The translations under genes were made by a program, and so were the position numbers. DNA of 63,985 nt, filler included, from Welwitschia mirabilis (taxonomy: Eukaryota), in NCBI GenBank assembly GCA_051453625.1. It is 7 parts of one record of this genome, joined end to end, with 100 filler letters (N's around TTAATTAATTAA, not from the genome) between each part and the next. Parts side by side here need not be neighbours in the genome. Positions count along the whole stretch, not along the records: positions 62,190 to 63,985 come from JBOZIK010000001.1; 6 more parts are not named here. One strand, written 5' to 3'. Position 1 is the first letter of the stretch. Every line of letters starts with the position of its first letter. The notes below the pieces were generated by a model. The model was not told where the DNA came from and ran no database searches. It was given only the letters and a program-made list of their open reading frames with translations. Of this stretch, positions 62,276 through 63,985 are shown in pieces.

Positions 62276-63985
62276 CTAACCAATATAATAGGAGGTTGTA
62301 CCTCCAATTAATGGCATTCTAACTCAATATCTAGCCATCCTCTGGACATGAGTTGGTTCTACTTTAGATTTTAAATTATACAAACATGGTTGGGCTCAAC
62401 TCCATAGGCTTTCACTTTGAATTGATATACCCTTAATATAGGTGACAGGTGGTACATGAGGTAGATGCATACTTACAAATGACCCCTGCTTTCTAAAAGC
62501 ATTTCTAGATGGTGCAACATGATCCATTAATGTTAAGGGCTCGAGATGTTAAGTCATATTAAGTTCATAAAGGGATAGGGTAGGAGAGTGATGATCAAAT
62601 CCACTTCTAAAAGGGTATTATTAAAAAAAAATGCAATGTAACCCACCTTGGTGATGAAATCCAAGAGTGGAAATAAAAATTATTATAATTATCTTCATTT
62701 TGTCTTGTTCAATGAATACACCATATAAATGCATGCAAATAATCCTAAGTAATGTAGATATTTAATGAACTATTTATCTAGTTATAATAATTCTAATCAT
62801 CATTCAGTTTATTTTATAGAAAACATAAAAAGAATGCACGCATACAAGATCATTTCTTTTTCCAAGATTATAATAATAAAGAACTAGATAAATGAGTATT
62901 CTCTTCTTTTCTTTTCTATCTAAATAAAGAAAATTTTTTATGTTTCTTTTAATAATAATAAAAATATAAAATATAGTACTTAAAAAAATAAAACATACTT
63001 AGAGCTATGTTAATCTTGGAAACACCATTCCATGCTCATATGACAATCTCTATGAATTAGTGCAAAGAAGGTAAACAAAAGAAAGTATAGGTCAAGTGTA
63101 TTTGTTAAAATATAAGTATTTATCTAAGATTTCATATGGCTATATTATAAGTTAATAAAAATAAGTGATAAACTAGATACTACTTATGTCACTTAAACTA
63201 TTTAGGTGAAAACACTTATAAGTATGCATATTCAAGTAAGCTAAAGAAAAAGGGTGAAAGAGTTATTTCTATAATTAAATACCAATTATAGTTAATTTAA
63301 CTTAAATATACTAATATAACCATATTTTATATACTTAATTTCCTTATAAAATTTTGTGTAATAATTTTTCTAAAATTTTAAACACTAATTATAACATTTT
63401 TTAGCTCTAAGGAGACATCATAGTTAAAAATTAATAACTAATTAATTATAAAATAAAAATTAAATTATAGTAGTTTTTCAGAAACTAGACACATAATATA
63501 TTCCTTAGAATCTAACTTAAACTCTATTAGAATTATTAAATTATTATTTCTAATATTATCATTTAAGGCTAAAAACTATCAAATTTTCTAGGCTAAAAAC
63601 TATCAAATTTTCTAAAATTATAGTCTTACCACACTACACTAGAATGTCGATAACTTTTAAAATACTTTTAGTTTTTAAACAATTCAAGATGTTTTGGAAA
63701 GCTTATACTCATGGATAGGTATAGAAATGTAAATTACTTACTATTTTTTACATTTATTTTCTGATGTATTTTAACAAATAAATTTTTAAAAAATAATTAC
63801 TCATCAGAAAAATTACTATTTTTGCATTTTCATGTTTATGACATAATCCTAGACTTACAAAAACAATTTGACTAATTTATACCCACTAATTAATGAGATA
63901 TGATGTTTTTATCCTATGCCTCTATTTTGGAAATTTAATTTTTGCCATATGAAAAATATGATAAAGTTTTTACAACTAGTTAAAT
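62276..63985 (+). repeat. Unclassified interspersed repeat, copy 2
   Basis: Collinear with 27163-28867; runs off the end of the window. Confidence 0.92.

Overview
This is an AT-rich land-plant genomic window from a fragmented assembly. It is not one continuous locus: six identical artificial spacers (44 N + TTAATTAATTAA + 44 N) join seven segments, and there are many other N gaps. Almost all of the sequence is decayed retroelement DNA: three copies of one Athila-like Ty3/Gypsy lineage, two Sirevirus/SIRE-type and several other Ty1/Copia elements (some nested), and L1 LINE remnants, all broken by stops and frameshifts. The only clear host gene is the 3' end (last two coding exons, 58686-59610) of TWD40-2, a TPLATE/TSET complex WD40 subunit. 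The most interesting observations are a complete gag-only LTR element with an inferable insertion site, palindromic LTR motifs seen both intact and deaminated, apparent all-context C-to-T erosion, and an unclassified repeat of at least 1.7 kb present twice. I found no convincing evidence of a previously undescribed biological system. All calls come from reading motifs by eye; no database searches were run.
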